Translations under genes and position numbers: made by a program
Shown: positions 28,385 to 38,086 of the stretch, in pieces
Numbering within the stretch: position 1 is the stretch's first letter
Layout: each line of letters starts with the position of its first letter
The notes under the pieces: generated by a model
What the model was told of the DNA's origin: nothing
The model's input: only the letters and a program-made list of their open reading frames with translations
Database searches by the model: none
Assembly (NCBI GenBank): GCA_018817165.1
Contig: JAHITY010000088.1
Span: 2,866 to 66,865, forward strand
DNA from: Candidatus Omnitrophota bacterium
Lineage (GTDB): Bacteria; Omnitrophota; Gorgyraeia; B26-G9
DNA: 64,000 nt
Direction: 5' to 3'

Positions 28385-31300
28385 TTAAAATCCCTGAATT
28401 TTCCCTCTTAAACTAATTATTTCTTCAGCCATAACAACTTTTTCATCTTCACTTTTTGCTAGGCTATTCTGCACATCTTTAAGTTTTTGTTCAAACTCCT
28501 TTATTGCAACATTCTGCTCTTTCATCTGATCAAAGAGTTTTTGATATTTTTCCATGACTTGCTGTTTTTGAGTAGCTAACTCTTCCATTTGGGCAAGAAC
28601 TTCCTGGGTGGAAGTCGATTTACCTTTAGTTTGATTCTCTAATTCAGTGATTTTTGCTTGAGCCGCAGATAACTGCGCCATTATCTCTTGTCTCTGTAAA
28701 TTTGAAGCTGAAATTTCCGACTGCAATTCAGTCTGAACTCCCTCTTTTTCTTTTAACAAAACTTCCAGGGACTTTAATTTCTCATTCAAAGACTGTAAAT
28801 CAGGGCTATTTTGCTTTAATCTATTCATCTCAGATAACAGAACATTGTTCTTATTCTCAAATTCTTTTTCTGCCTTAGACAGCTCAACAGTTTTAGCATC
28901 AGCAGCAACAAGCTTATTTTTAATATTGTTTAAGTTATCTCGCAAACCCGCTAAATCCTGGTTTTTCTGGTTTAATTCATCCTCTGTTATTTTTAGCTTA
29001 GTTTTCAGGCTATCAAACTCTAAACGTAATGCATTATTTTCATTCAACTGATTCGGCTGTAAATTTTGATTTTTCTTAATATTGAAAATTTCTTGATTTA
29101 AAGCCGCAAGCTCTTTTTCTTGTTTTGCCAACAGTTTTTCTTGCTCCTTACTTTTGGCTTCTAGACTACTTTTCTCTTTACCCAAAAGTTGTTTGTCTGT
29201 CTCCAAAACATCCACTTTAGCAGTTATTGACTTTTCCTTTTGTCCTAGTTCGCTCAGTTGTTTCTGCAGCGCGGTTACTTGATTATTAAGCTCCGCGTTA
29301 GACTGGGTCAGTTCCTTAGTTTTTTCCTGCTTAGTACTAGATTCATTTTGCAGAGTAAGAATTGCACTGTTTTTATTTTTCAATTCAGATTCTATAGCTT
29401 GAATGTCCTGGATTAGCTTCTCATTACTTTTCCGCAAAGAATCATTTTCCGCCACAGATTCTTTATTAGAATTTTTTCTTTTTTCCAAGTCACCATTTTT
29501 TTTAAGCAGTAGCGTCAATTCCCTATCTTTCGCTAAAAGCTGTTCCTGCTGATCTTTATTTGCTGATTCTAATTCATTTCTTTCTTTAGCTATCCGTTTT
29601 ATATCTGTTTCCAAAACATCAAAATTCTTTAAACTTGCCTTCTTATCCAGCTCTAGGACAGTTAGCTGATTATTTAACTCATCTAACTTGTTCTTAAGTT
29701 CGTCATTTAACTTTGCCAGCTGATTACTTTGATCAATCGAGCCCTTAGCTTCTTTTTCCTTTAAAACAATGTCTTTCTCCAATAAACCTACTTTGTTTTC
29801 AATTTTAGCTAATTTTTCATTTTGACCTTTTAATTCTTTATTTTCTGTCTCTAGCTTTTTATTATTATCATTCAAAGCCGTATTAGCTTTTGTTATATCC
29901 TTATAATCAGCACTCAAACTTAAAACTTTCGCTTCAAGATCCGCGCGCTGTTCCTTTATTTTTGCTAACTCATTATTAAGCTTATCATAAGCCGTCTGGC
30001 TATTATTTAAATCTGTTTTCTCCCTTAAGCTAATCGTCTCATTTTCTTTTAAAAGATTTTTGTTTTCATTTTCGAGTAATGAAAAATTCTCATTCAAAGC
30101 AATTATTTGAGCTTCAAGCTCTTTTTTATCTTTTTGAACTTGTTCGAATTGACTGGTAATATCCTGATTCTTTTTATTCAAATTTTCAAGCAAACCATTT
30201 AATTCATTGATCTTTTTTTCTGCTTGCACAGCTGAAAGTGTCTTTTTAGCTAAAACCCCATTTTCTTCTTCCAGCTTTTTTTTATCTATTTCAAGCTGCT
30301 TATTCTTTTCTTTTGCGGCATCTTCTTCTTTTAAAAGCAAAGCAATATCTTTTTCAATGACCTCAAGTTGCTGCTCTTTTTTTCGAATATCTTCATCTTT
30401 CAGCTTCAAAGTCTCCTGCGCCTGTTTCGATTCAGCTTGCACTTTGCTATTTTTTTCAATTTCCAGGTTATAATCAGCTAAGATCTTGTCTTTTTCTTTG
30501 GCAGCGAAATTTTTTTCTTCCTCGAGCTTTTTCGCGTCATTTTTTAAAACCTGATTTTCTTCAATTAAATCCTTATTTTTTTTATTCAAGCCAGACAACT
30601 CAGATTCAATTAATTGAGTTTTCTGAACTTTTTCATCTAAAGCGGCTTGGATGCCTTTATTTTGTTCCTCAAGCTTAACCATCAGCTTCCCGTTTTTTTC
30701 CAACAATTCTTTTTCCGCTAAAATCGCTTCTTTTTCTTTTAATATTTTAGCGTTTTGGCTGTTTAATTCATTAATTTCTTTATCTTTTTTATCGATCATT
30801 TGCTGCTGTTTTACCTGCTCAGAATTTTCCGCGATATTAATCGGCTTAGCAACTGATTCCTCTTGCTGTTTTTCTAGAGCCATAATGATTTGCTCAAGCA
30901 GTTTGTTTTCAAAAACGATTTTTTCTTGCTCATTTGCCTTAGCAGCAACAGCTTCTTCCGCTTTTTTAGCCTCAGCAATTAGTAACTCATATTGCTTATT
31001 TTGCGCTAATGTTTTTTCATTAACTAATTTAAGCTCTTCCTGTAATTTGTTTTTTTCCTGTTTAAGGAGTTCATACTGAGCAAGCTGCTCACGAATCGAC
31101 AATGCCGGTTTAGCTGCCCCTGCTTCCTCATCCTTTTTGGCTCCAAATAGTCCCCCTAAAAAAGTAGTCTCAGTAGCGGCAGGCTTTATAATCACATCTT
31201 TCTTTTGATAAAGGTCAATCAACTCTTCTTTTACAGCAGCCAATTCTTCGGACAATGATTTTTTTTCAACCTTAATATCTTCGATCAATACCTGATTTTG

Positions 31301-31741
31301 CTTTAAGTCTTCATCTTTATTCATTAATAAAAGTTCTAATTGCTTTATCTTTTTGTTAAGCCCATCTGTCGGCTGAGGTTTCTTTTTTAATCTCGCATTA
31401 ACCTTTTCAAACTTATCTTCAACTTCTTTTTTTTCTTTTTTAATTCTTTTAATTTCTTGTTTCAATAATTCATTTTCTTCCGAAAGTTCAGTTGGATTAC
31501 TTAATGATTTATCTATTCCCGGACTTTTCTCAACAATATTATCTGCCGAACGCAAAGCCTGTCTTGCTTTTTCAAACTCAGCCTGAGCCTCCTTATATTT
31601 ACCCTGTTTAAACAATTCCTGAGCACGGATATAATGCTTATCATATTCCTGCGAATACGCTTCACTCAAGCTACAAAACAAAAGCCCAAAAATTAAAATT
31701 GAAACATTAAATATAACGTTTATTTTTTTAAAGGCATACAT
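28385..31741 (-). CDS. Exported giant coiled-coil protein with N-terminal TPR-like repeat (1118 aa)
   Basis: Signal peptide; DKHYIRAQELFKQGKYKEAQAEFEKA; about 1000 aa of E/K/L/N/Q heptads with no ATPase motif. Confidence 0.8.
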   Translation of the reverse strand: MYAFKKINVIFNVSILIFGLLFCSLSEAYSQEYDKHYIRAQELFKQGKYKEAQAEFEKARQALRSADNIVEKSPGIDKSLSNPTELSEENELLKQEIKRIKKEKKEVEDKFEKVNARLKKKPQPTDGLNKKIKQLELLLMNKDEDLKQNQVLIEDIKVEKKSLSEELAAVKEELIDLYQKKDVIIKPAATETTFLGGLFGAKKDEEAGAAKPALSIREQLAQYELLKQEKNKLQEELKLVNEKTLAQNKQYELLIAEAKKAEEAVAAKANEQEKIVFENKLLEQIIMALEKQQEESVAKPINIAENSEQVKQQQMIDKKDKEINELNSQNAKILKEKEAILAEKELLEKNGKLMVKLEEQNKGIQAALDEKVQKTQLIESELSGLNKKNKDLIEENQVLKNDAKKLEEEKNFAAKEKDKILADYNLEIEKNSKVQAESKQAQETLKLKDEDIRKKEQQLEVIEKDIALLLKEEDAAKEKNKQLEIDKKKLEEENGVLAKKTLSAVQAEKKINELNGLLENLNKKNQDITSQFEQVQKDKKELEAQIIALNENFSLLENENKNLLKENETISLREKTDLNNSQTAYDKLNNELAKIKEQRADLEAKVLSLSADYKDITKANTALNDNNKKLETENKELKGQNEKLAKIENKVGLLEKDIVLKEKEAKGSIDQSNQLAKLNDELKNKLDELNNQLTVLELDKKASLKNFDVLETDIKRIAKERNELESANKDQQEQLLAKDRELTLLLKKNGDLEKRKNSNKESVAENDSLRKSNEKLIQDIQAIESELKNKNSAILTLQNESSTKQEKTKELTQSNAELNNQVTALQKQLSELGQKEKSITAKVDVLETDKQLLGKEKSSLEAKSKEQEKLLAKQEKELAALNQEIFNIKKNQNLQPNQLNENNALRLEFDSLKTKLKITEDELNQKNQDLAGLRDNLNNIKNKLVAADAKTVELSKAEKEFENKNNVLLSEMNRLKQNSPDLQSLNEKLKSLEVLLKEKEGVQTELQSEISASNLQRQEIMAQLSAAQAKITELENQTKGKSTSTQEVLAQMEELATQKQQVMEKYQKLFDQMKEQNVAIKEFEQKLKDVQNSLAKSEDEKVVMAEEIISLRGKIQGF

Positions 31742-31758
31742 GTTAACCCCCTACAAAA

Positions 31759-33447
31759 TCAATTCCCCATTAATAGTTCTATTTCTTTCTTCAACCTATC
31801 AGCCTTGAGCTTATCTTCCGAATTGTTTGGCTGATTTTTGAATTGGTCAACCATGTTTTCTTGCAAAGTAATATTTAGCTGAGTTGAGCGGGTAAGGTCA
31901 TCCATTGTTATTCTTTGGCGCTCCTGCATATCAACCAGCTCCTGCTGTTTCCTCTTAAATTCTGCCTGCAAAATCGCCAGCTCATTTTTCAAACTTAGGA
32001 TATCTTGATTCTTATTAAAAATTTCTTCTTCCCTTCGAGCTAAAAGTTCGCTAGTTTGCAGCATTTGATTCTTTAAATTGGCATAAAGCATATTGGCGTC
32101 TTTAAATTCCTTATCTTGATAAAGACCACGTTCTTCCAGCGTTTTTTTCGCCATTGCTAATGCTGCCAATTCTTCATCTTTACGCCTTAAAGCTTCTTCC
32201 TTATACGAAAGCGAATCATTTAGCATTTTAATTCTATCTTTAAGCAAAACATATTGCCTGGCTTCAGTAGCCCCTTCCGGCAAAGACAAACTGGTGCCTT
32301 TTTGAATCGTTTTTTCTAATTCATTGATTCTTTGCTTTGAAGTTTCCAATTCAACTTCTTTACTCATCAATAACTCAGAGAACTTAACAACTTGCGCTTT
32401 AGCTGTATCATAAAGCACGTAAGCTCTATTTAAATCAGCATCCGTTTTCCCGGATTTTAATGGAATTTCACTTAGAACTGTTAATTCAGGAGATGGGCTC
32501 TGATCTTTTTTTAAGGCACTGATCATTTTTTCTTGTTCCGTTAGCTTTTGCTCAGCTTTTGCTAATTCCGCTTCCACTTGATCTCTTTCAGCTTCAATTT
32601 TCTTAATATTTCGCGCTTTTCTCTGTATATCTAATAATTCCTGCTCAAGACTCGCGATACGTTCACTTTGCTGATTAAGCTTTTCATTTATTTTAGTCCG
32701 CGCATTGGCATAACGCACAACTTCTTTGTTTAGCAAGCTTCGCTGCTCTTCTTTATCTTTCAGCTGATTGTGTAATTCAGCAATTTGTGATTTCAGCTTA
32801 TCACTAGGAGATTGATCTGAGAGTTTTACAGCCTGCTCTAATTTATTTTCCAGCTTTTTCTGATCGCTTTCCATCTTTCCAATCTTTTTTTCTAAAACTT
32901 TTTTTTCTTTATTGGAATCTGAATTTTTCTGAACAAGCTTTTTAATCTCCCCATCTTTTTCTTTAAGCAATTCGCTGTTTTTTTCTATTTTCGCTAAATA
33001 AGCTAAAATAGTCTTATCACTTTTAGCCGCGCTTAACTCTTGTTTGACCATTTTAAGATTTTCCAGGGTTTGAGTAAACTCTCGAGTAAGAGATGTTACC
33101 CTGCTATTTAAAGAGAGATTGGATTGTTGCAGAGTATTTCTTTCTTGCTCGATTTTTAAATAAGATTCATCCAGTGTTTTTAATCTTTTTTCAGTTACAT
33201 CATACTTTTCTTTTATATTTTTTATCTCTGCCAATCCCGCCAACTCTTTTTTAAGTAAAACAATAAGTTTCTCTTCTTCAAGTTTCTGCTGTAAAAGATC
33301 TTCCTTTTCCCGAGCTAATACATCGGATCTTGCCGCGAGTATTTCCGCTCTATTCTTTGTTTCTACAAATCTTAACGCGAAAAAAATAGTTCCACATGCG
33401 ATAATGATTAATAAAAAAATCGAAAATATTTTCAGAAACTTATCCAT
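31759..33447 (-). CDS. Membrane-anchored long coiled-coil protein
   Basis: N-terminal TM IFSIFLLIIIACGTIFFAL followed by heptad-rich sequence. Confidence 0.8.
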   Translation of the reverse strand: MDKFLKIFSIFLLIIIACGTIFFALRFVETKNRAEILAARSDVLAREKEDLLQQKLEEEKLIVLLKKELAGLAEIKNIKEKYDVTEKRLKTLDESYLKIEQERNTLQQSNLSLNSRVTSLTREFTQTLENLKMVKQELSAAKSDKTILAYLAKIEKNSELLKEKDGEIKKLVQKNSDSNKEKKVLEKKIGKMESDQKKLENKLEQAVKLSDQSPSDKLKSQIAELHNQLKDKEEQRSLLNKEVVRYANARTKINEKLNQQSERIASLEQELLDIQRKARNIKKIEAERDQVEAELAKAEQKLTEQEKMISALKKDQSPSPELTVLSEIPLKSGKTDADLNRAYVLYDTAKAQVVKFSELLMSKEVELETSKQRINELEKTIQKGTSLSLPEGATEARQYVLLKDRIKMLNDSLSYKEEALRRKDEELAALAMAKKTLEERGLYQDKEFKDANMLYANLKNQMLQTSELLARREEEIFNKNQDILSLKNELAILQAEFKRKQQELVDMQERQRITMDDLTRSTQLNITLQENMVDQFKNQPNNSEDKLKADRLKKEIELLMGN

Positions 33448-33457
33448 TGACTTTCTC

Positions 33458-34609
33458 TTATTTTAGGTTGCCGTCATTATAAACATCAAGAATATATACA
33501 GAAAAATTTTTACTCAAATCAATTTGCTTTGCCTGAAGCAATTTTTGCCCATGCGCGTCATACGTAACTTTAATAATCGGCCTGAGCGGCATTTTTTGAT
33601 TTTGACCAATAATTTCAGCAATTTCTTTAGTATTTAATTTAACCACACTCATTAAAGGATATATCCCGATCTCATCAATCAAAGTCTTGAGGAACTTGCT
33701 TTCAAATTTAGCTTTATCGCGCAAAAGCTCTTTTATTACCTTAAGATATCCTAGCTTTTTTCTATAAGGCCTTGAATGCATCATTGCTTCATAAACATCA
33801 GCCATTCCTATTAGTCTGGCATACTCACATATTTCTTTATCTTTAAGACCATAGGGATAGCCTGATCCGTCAATCCGTTCATGTCCCTGGTGAATAACAT
33901 CGAAAATTTCAAAATTCAAATCCTGCGCTATTTTTTTTAAAATATCCTTACCGATAATCGGATGCTTTTTCACTTCCAAATAATCATTATCGCTAAACCG
34001 CGCGGGACGACTAATCAGATTATCAAAATTCATAATACCAATATCATGAACCAAGGCTGCTAATCCAATTTGCTTAAGCCGCGTATTGTCATAATTTAAG
34101 GCCATTGCTAACCGTAAGCAAAGTATGCAGACATTTACTGAATTCTGATAAATATATCCTTTTTCGAAAGAATATTCCGCGAAAAACAATCTCATCAGCT
34201 GATTAGCATCTGCTGAAAGCAAAGCGATAAATTGATCCACAACATAATCGGCAACAATAAATGACCCGTTTTGAGCGTTATCCAGCGGATTCATTATTCC
34301 TTGAACAAAAGCAATTGCCTTGGCATAAGCAGCAATTGCCTGTTCGCTTTCAACACTGACTACATTAACATCACTCTTATAAATTGTATGATATTTTTCT
34401 TTCTCCGCGGCAAGCTGCGGCTGCTGTTCTATTTCCGTTTCTAAAAGATCATTCGCCGTTTCTTCAGGTAATATTTCAGGCTTTTTTTCTGGCATTTGCG
34501 AAGGGGATAAAGGCTGCTTAAAAGCAGACGGCTCATTTACTTGAGCCTTGGATTCTTTAATCTGCTTATTTTTTTTTGCCTTTTTTAAAATATCGGATAT
34601 TTTTAGCAT
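33458..34609 (-). CDS. HD-GYP domain protein, degenerate metal site
   Basis: HDIG, HERIDGSGYP, ADVYEAM, RPYR, GIYP; the usual HSxNV and HHE motifs read NSVNV and GHE. Confidence 0.85.
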   Translation of the reverse strand: MLKISDILKKAKKNKQIKESKAQVNEPSAFKQPLSPSQMPEKKPEILPEETANDLLETEIEQQPQLAAEKEKYHTIYKSDVNVVSVESEQAIAAYAKAIAFVQGIMNPLDNAQNGSFIVADYVVDQFIALLSADANQLMRLFFAEYSFEKGYIYQNSVNVCILCLRLAMALNYDNTRLKQIGLAALVHDIGIMNFDNLISRPARFSDNDYLEVKKHPIIGKDILKKIAQDLNFEIFDVIHQGHERIDGSGYPYGLKDKEICEYARLIGMADVYEAMMHSRPYRKKLGYLKVIKELLRDKAKFESKFLKTLIDEIGIYPLMSVVKLNTKEIAEIIGQNQKMPLRPIIKVTYDAHGQKLLQAKQIDLSKNFSVYILDVYNDGNLK

Positions 34610-34646
34610 TATTTATTTTCAGTCTGTTTTTTTAAAAACATCTTAA

Positions 34647-35267
34647 TTATTTAGTTACAGGCATCTTTTCTTTACTGATAAATGTAAATGACTCTGACTC
34701 ACCAGGAGATTTCTGCTTACTTAAAACTCCCCGCATTTCAGTCATATCCTCATTCATTTCACCTCGCCAAAAGATCACTTGACCATCATCAGCACTTTGC
34801 ATGGTTTCCCAAATAATCATCCCATCGTCTTTGAGCGTTAAGGTATAATTAGTCGACATAAAACCATTTTGCTTAAATTGTTCAGCATAAAATTTATTAT
34901 CGCTAAATACAAGTGCTTCTTTCTGAATTTTTCCACCACCAGCAATAGGAAAAATTTCCGTATCCCAACTTGTATTATCTAATTTTAAGCGAACTTTTTC
35001 ACGCGACAGCTTAACATCTGATTTAATAGTAGCATCTTTCTCTTTATTTGCTTTAATAACTTGTTTTTCTTGAATCGGCAGTTTTACTTCTTTTTGCTCA
35101 ATAACTTTTTTTTCAGTAATTACTTCTACTTTTTCCTGTTTGACTTCTTTTTGCGTTTCTTTAACTTCAGGTGCTGCGGTCTTTTTCTTTCCCCATGCTT
35201 GCGCATTTTGCACGCTAAACATTACAAATACTGCAATCAATACCAAAAGCCCTACATTTTTTCTCAT
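34647..35267 (-). CDS. Exported hypothetical protein
   Basis: Signal peptide ending AQA, charged linker, beta-rich C-terminal domain. Confidence 0.75.
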   Translation of the reverse strand: MRKNVGLLVLIAVFVMFSVQNAQAWGKKKTAAPEVKETQKEVKQEKVEVITEKKVIEQKEVKLPIQEKQVIKANKEKDATIKSDVKLSREKVRLKLDNTSWDTEIFPIAGGGKIQKEALVFSDNKFYAEQFKQNGFMSTNYTLTLKDDGMIIWETMQSADDGQVIFWRGEMNEDMTEMRGVLSKQKSPGESESFTFISKEKMPVTK

Positions 35268-35290
35268 ACTTCCTCCTTTTTAAATAAAGT

Positions 35291-36265
35291 TTATTTAGAA
35301 CTAGATTTTCCTTCCCAAGTCTGCCATGTAAGAATATACTTTTTAACCCAATCCACGTCCTGATCTTCCTTCTTGGTTAACATTAAAAACTTCTGAAATC
35401 TATCTATCGCTTTTGCTCTATCCTCAAACTGCTCAGCATAAATAAGCCCTAAATTAAAATAAGCCTGCGGATCTTCCGGATTCAGTTCAATCGCCTTTTC
35501 AAACTCAGGAATTGCTCGGGTATATTCCTTTTTTTCGGAATAAAAAACCCCCAAGTTATAATGCATCAATGCTGTACGTTTTAACAAAATTTTATTTTCG
35601 CGAGCGATCTCCGCGTATTCTTTAGGCAAACGATTAATTTTATTTTCTAGCTTCTTATTTGTCGTAACCGATTTCTTATATTTACTCTTAACTTCTTTTA
35701 CTTGATTCCTTAAAACATCTGCCGTGGCTTCGGCTTTAGCGATTTGATCAGATGCCGAGTCGACTTCTTTTTGCATTTTCTTAAGATTATTTTCTGAGCG
35801 GGATATCTCTTTTTCCTGCTCTTTTATTTTTTTATTCAAATCATCAACAATGATATACCCGGCTTTTGATTTAGAAAGAGTCTTTCTCATTTCATCTCTT
35901 TCTGACTGAACTTGAAACAAATCCGCCTGTAAATTGTCTAATTTACTAACCAAATGATCATTAACTGATTGGAGTCTTTTGTTTGCGCTTATATTTGTTT
36001 CTTTTTCCAGTTCCCACTGCGCCCGTTCTTGTTCGACTAAACTTAATTGCTGTTTTGCCTGAGTTATTTCATTTTTATACTGCAATAAAATTTTCATCTG
36101 CGCAAGCAGATTTTCCCGGTCCTTAATAACAGCATCATACTCTTTTTTTAATTTACTAAAATCTTTATTGTCCAAAGATTCAACCTGAGCCTGCCCCAAA
36201 GCCATTGAAGGTAAAAACAACATCACGCAAAAAAACACAAGCTTAATTGATTTCATTTTATTCAT
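35291..36265 (-). CDS. Exported coiled-coil protein with C-terminal TPRs
   Basis: Signal peptide; heptads; HYNLGVFY...EFEKAIELNPEDPQAYFNLGLIY. Confidence 0.85.
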   Translation of the reverse strand: MNKMKSIKLVFFCVMLFLPSMALGQAQVESLDNKDFSKLKKEYDAVIKDRENLLAQMKILLQYKNEITQAKQQLSLVEQERAQWELEKETNISANKRLQSVNDHLVSKLDNLQADLFQVQSERDEMRKTLSKSKAGYIIVDDLNKKIKEQEKEISRSENNLKKMQKEVDSASDQIAKAEATADVLRNQVKEVKSKYKKSVTTNKKLENKINRLPKEYAEIARENKILLKRTALMHYNLGVFYSEKKEYTRAIPEFEKAIELNPEDPQAYFNLGLIYAEQFEDRAKAIDRFQKFLMLTKKEDQDVDWVKKYILTWQTWEGKSSSK

Positions 36266-38075
36266 CCTTTAAAGGTTTTATGGTTGGATAATATTCCTCA
36301 ATATTCTTATATTCAGGATATTCCTGATAAAGCTTTGGTTTTATTTCATAATTTTTTTCAAACTCAGTTAAATCAGATTCCGTAGTCATTGAATTATAGT
36401 CCTTATATCCTTTGCCTTGCTCAACTCCAAAATCTCTATTATTACCTGTATCGATTTTATCGCCGTCAATAATATGGGCAGTAACCATGATCAGCAGTTC
36501 ACTGCGGGTAGTCCCTTTGCTCCCGGATTTAAACAACATACCCAGAATTGGAATTTTGCCTAAAAACGGAACTTCTTGTGATGTATCTGTTTTTTCTTCC
36601 TTACGCAAACCACCAACAGCGACAGTTGCTCCATCTTTTATCATTACAGTTGTTTCAGCGGTTGAAGTATCGACAATCGGAATCCGATTGTTCTGCGCTG
36701 TCAATAATGTACCGATTACACTGCTTAAATCCGGCTTTATTTTTAAGGTAACATAACCTTCATCATTTATTGTCGGGGTAATATGCAACTGCAACCCCAC
36801 ATCTAAAAAAGTCACTTCTTCAGAAACAGTTGTGGTTGTCTGACCAGCAGTTGTGGTTGTCGTAATATAAGCCTGTCTTTCGCCGACATGAATACGCGCT
36901 TCCTGATTATTTGTCACTGCCAGCTTAGGATTTGACAAAATCTTAACTTCTCCCAATGTCTGTAAATATTTCAGCATTACATCATAATCATGATTGCCAA
37001 CTACTCCAATATGCATTTCGCTTGTCCCCACACTGGGAACACTTGACGCGTAATCAGAAGTCGTTCCGCTAAAAGGATATGATCCTATATTACCAGTATC
37101 AGTTAAAACCTCCTGCCGAGAACGCCAGGCCGCTGTGGTACTGTTTACAGAGGCCAAAGGGGTTGAGCCCAGATAAGTAGTATTACCATCTTTTTGCGAT
37201 AATTCAAACAGACCTTCCCACGCGACTCCTTGACTTAAAGCATCAGTCAGCTTTATTTGAATTATTGTAGACTCAATCAAAACTTCTCTTGTTTTCTGAT
37301 CAAGCTTAGCAATAATCGCCTGAATATCTTTCATTCTTTCCGGAAGGGTTTGTACAACCAGCTGATTTGTCCGTTCATCGGCTTTTATCGAGCCGACTTT
37401 TTTCATATCCAGCTGTGTTTTTAACTGCTTGGCAATATCCCCGGCATTCGCGTATTGCAAATTAAAAACCTGTACCGTACTCTTATGCTCAAGCAATCCT
37501 ATTGTTTCTTCCACTTCCGCTATTTTCTCTGGGGTATCCAGGATTAAAATAGTCCCGGAATCAGCCTCCACCAATACTTTGCCAATTGAACTCTTTATTG
37601 AATCAATTATTGTATATGCTTGCTCAGGAATAACATATTTTAAATGAAAAACTTTTACCTGGCGAATATCATCAAAACCTTTTCCATAACGCTGCGTATA
37701 TTCTTTTTCAGTCATTACATTGTATATTGAACCTATTTTTTCATAAGCTAAACTATTTGATCTTATAACAATCTCAAAAATATCTTCTACTGCCGCATTG
37801 TTTATCATCAAAGTAATCCGACCTGAGACATCTTTTGTCGGCACAATATTTAAATTCGCTTTTTGAGCAATATATTTAAGCGCGTCTTTAACTTCAATAT
37901 CACGCAAATCCAAAGAAATCAACTCTTTAGCTACCATGAGATTAGAAACAGAAGAACCATTCACTGTTGATAATGAAACATATTCACCATCAGCGAAGAC
38001 TGTTTCTACAGCACATAATATTGTAACTGCGAAACACCAAATAGTCAAAAATATAATAAAAATAAATTGCTTCAT
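36258..38075 (-). CDS. Secretin (PilQ/GspD family), copy 2
   Basis: ISLDLRDIEV (STN), ADERTNQLVV (N domain), LSNPKLAVTNNQEARIHVG, VPFLGKIPILGMLFK, ELLIMVT; start placed at ATG 38075 (MKQFIFII...). Confidence 0.92.
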   Translation of the reverse strand: MKQFIFIIFLTIWCFAVTILCAVETVFADGEYVSLSTVNGSSVSNLMVAKELISLDLRDIEVKDALKYIAQKANLNIVPTKDVSGRITLMINNAAVEDIFEIVIRSNSLAYEKIGSIYNVMTEKEYTQRYGKGFDDIRQVKVFHLKYVIPEQAYTIIDSIKSSIGKVLVEADSGTILILDTPEKIAEVEETIGLLEHKSTVQVFNLQYANAGDIAKQLKTQLDMKKVGSIKADERTNQLVVQTLPERMKDIQAIIAKLDQKTREVLIESTIIQIKLTDALSQGVAWEGLFELSQKDGNTTYLGSTPLASVNSTTAAWRSRQEVLTDTGNIGSYPFSGTTSDYASSVPSVGTSEMHIGVVGNHDYDVMLKYLQTLGEVKILSNPKLAVTNNQEARIHVGERQAYITTTTTAGQTTTTVSEEVTFLDVGLQLHITPTINDEGYVTLKIKPDLSSVIGTLLTAQNNRIPIVDTSTAETTVMIKDGATVAVGGLRKEEKTDTSQEVPFLGKIPILGMLFKSGSKGTTRSELLIMVTAHIIDGDKIDTGNNRDFGVEQGKGYKDYNSMTTESDLTEFEKNYEIKPKLYQEYPEYKNIEEYYPTIKPLKDE

Positions 38076-38086
38076 TTGTATAATAA

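Noticed and set aside
28654-31079. Plus-strand Ser/Phe/Leu-rich ORFs
   Set aside because: Antisense mirror of Glu/Lys-rich coiled-coil codons
28385-31741. Possible SMC/chromosome segregation protein
   Set aside because: No Walker A/B or hinge; has a signal peptide
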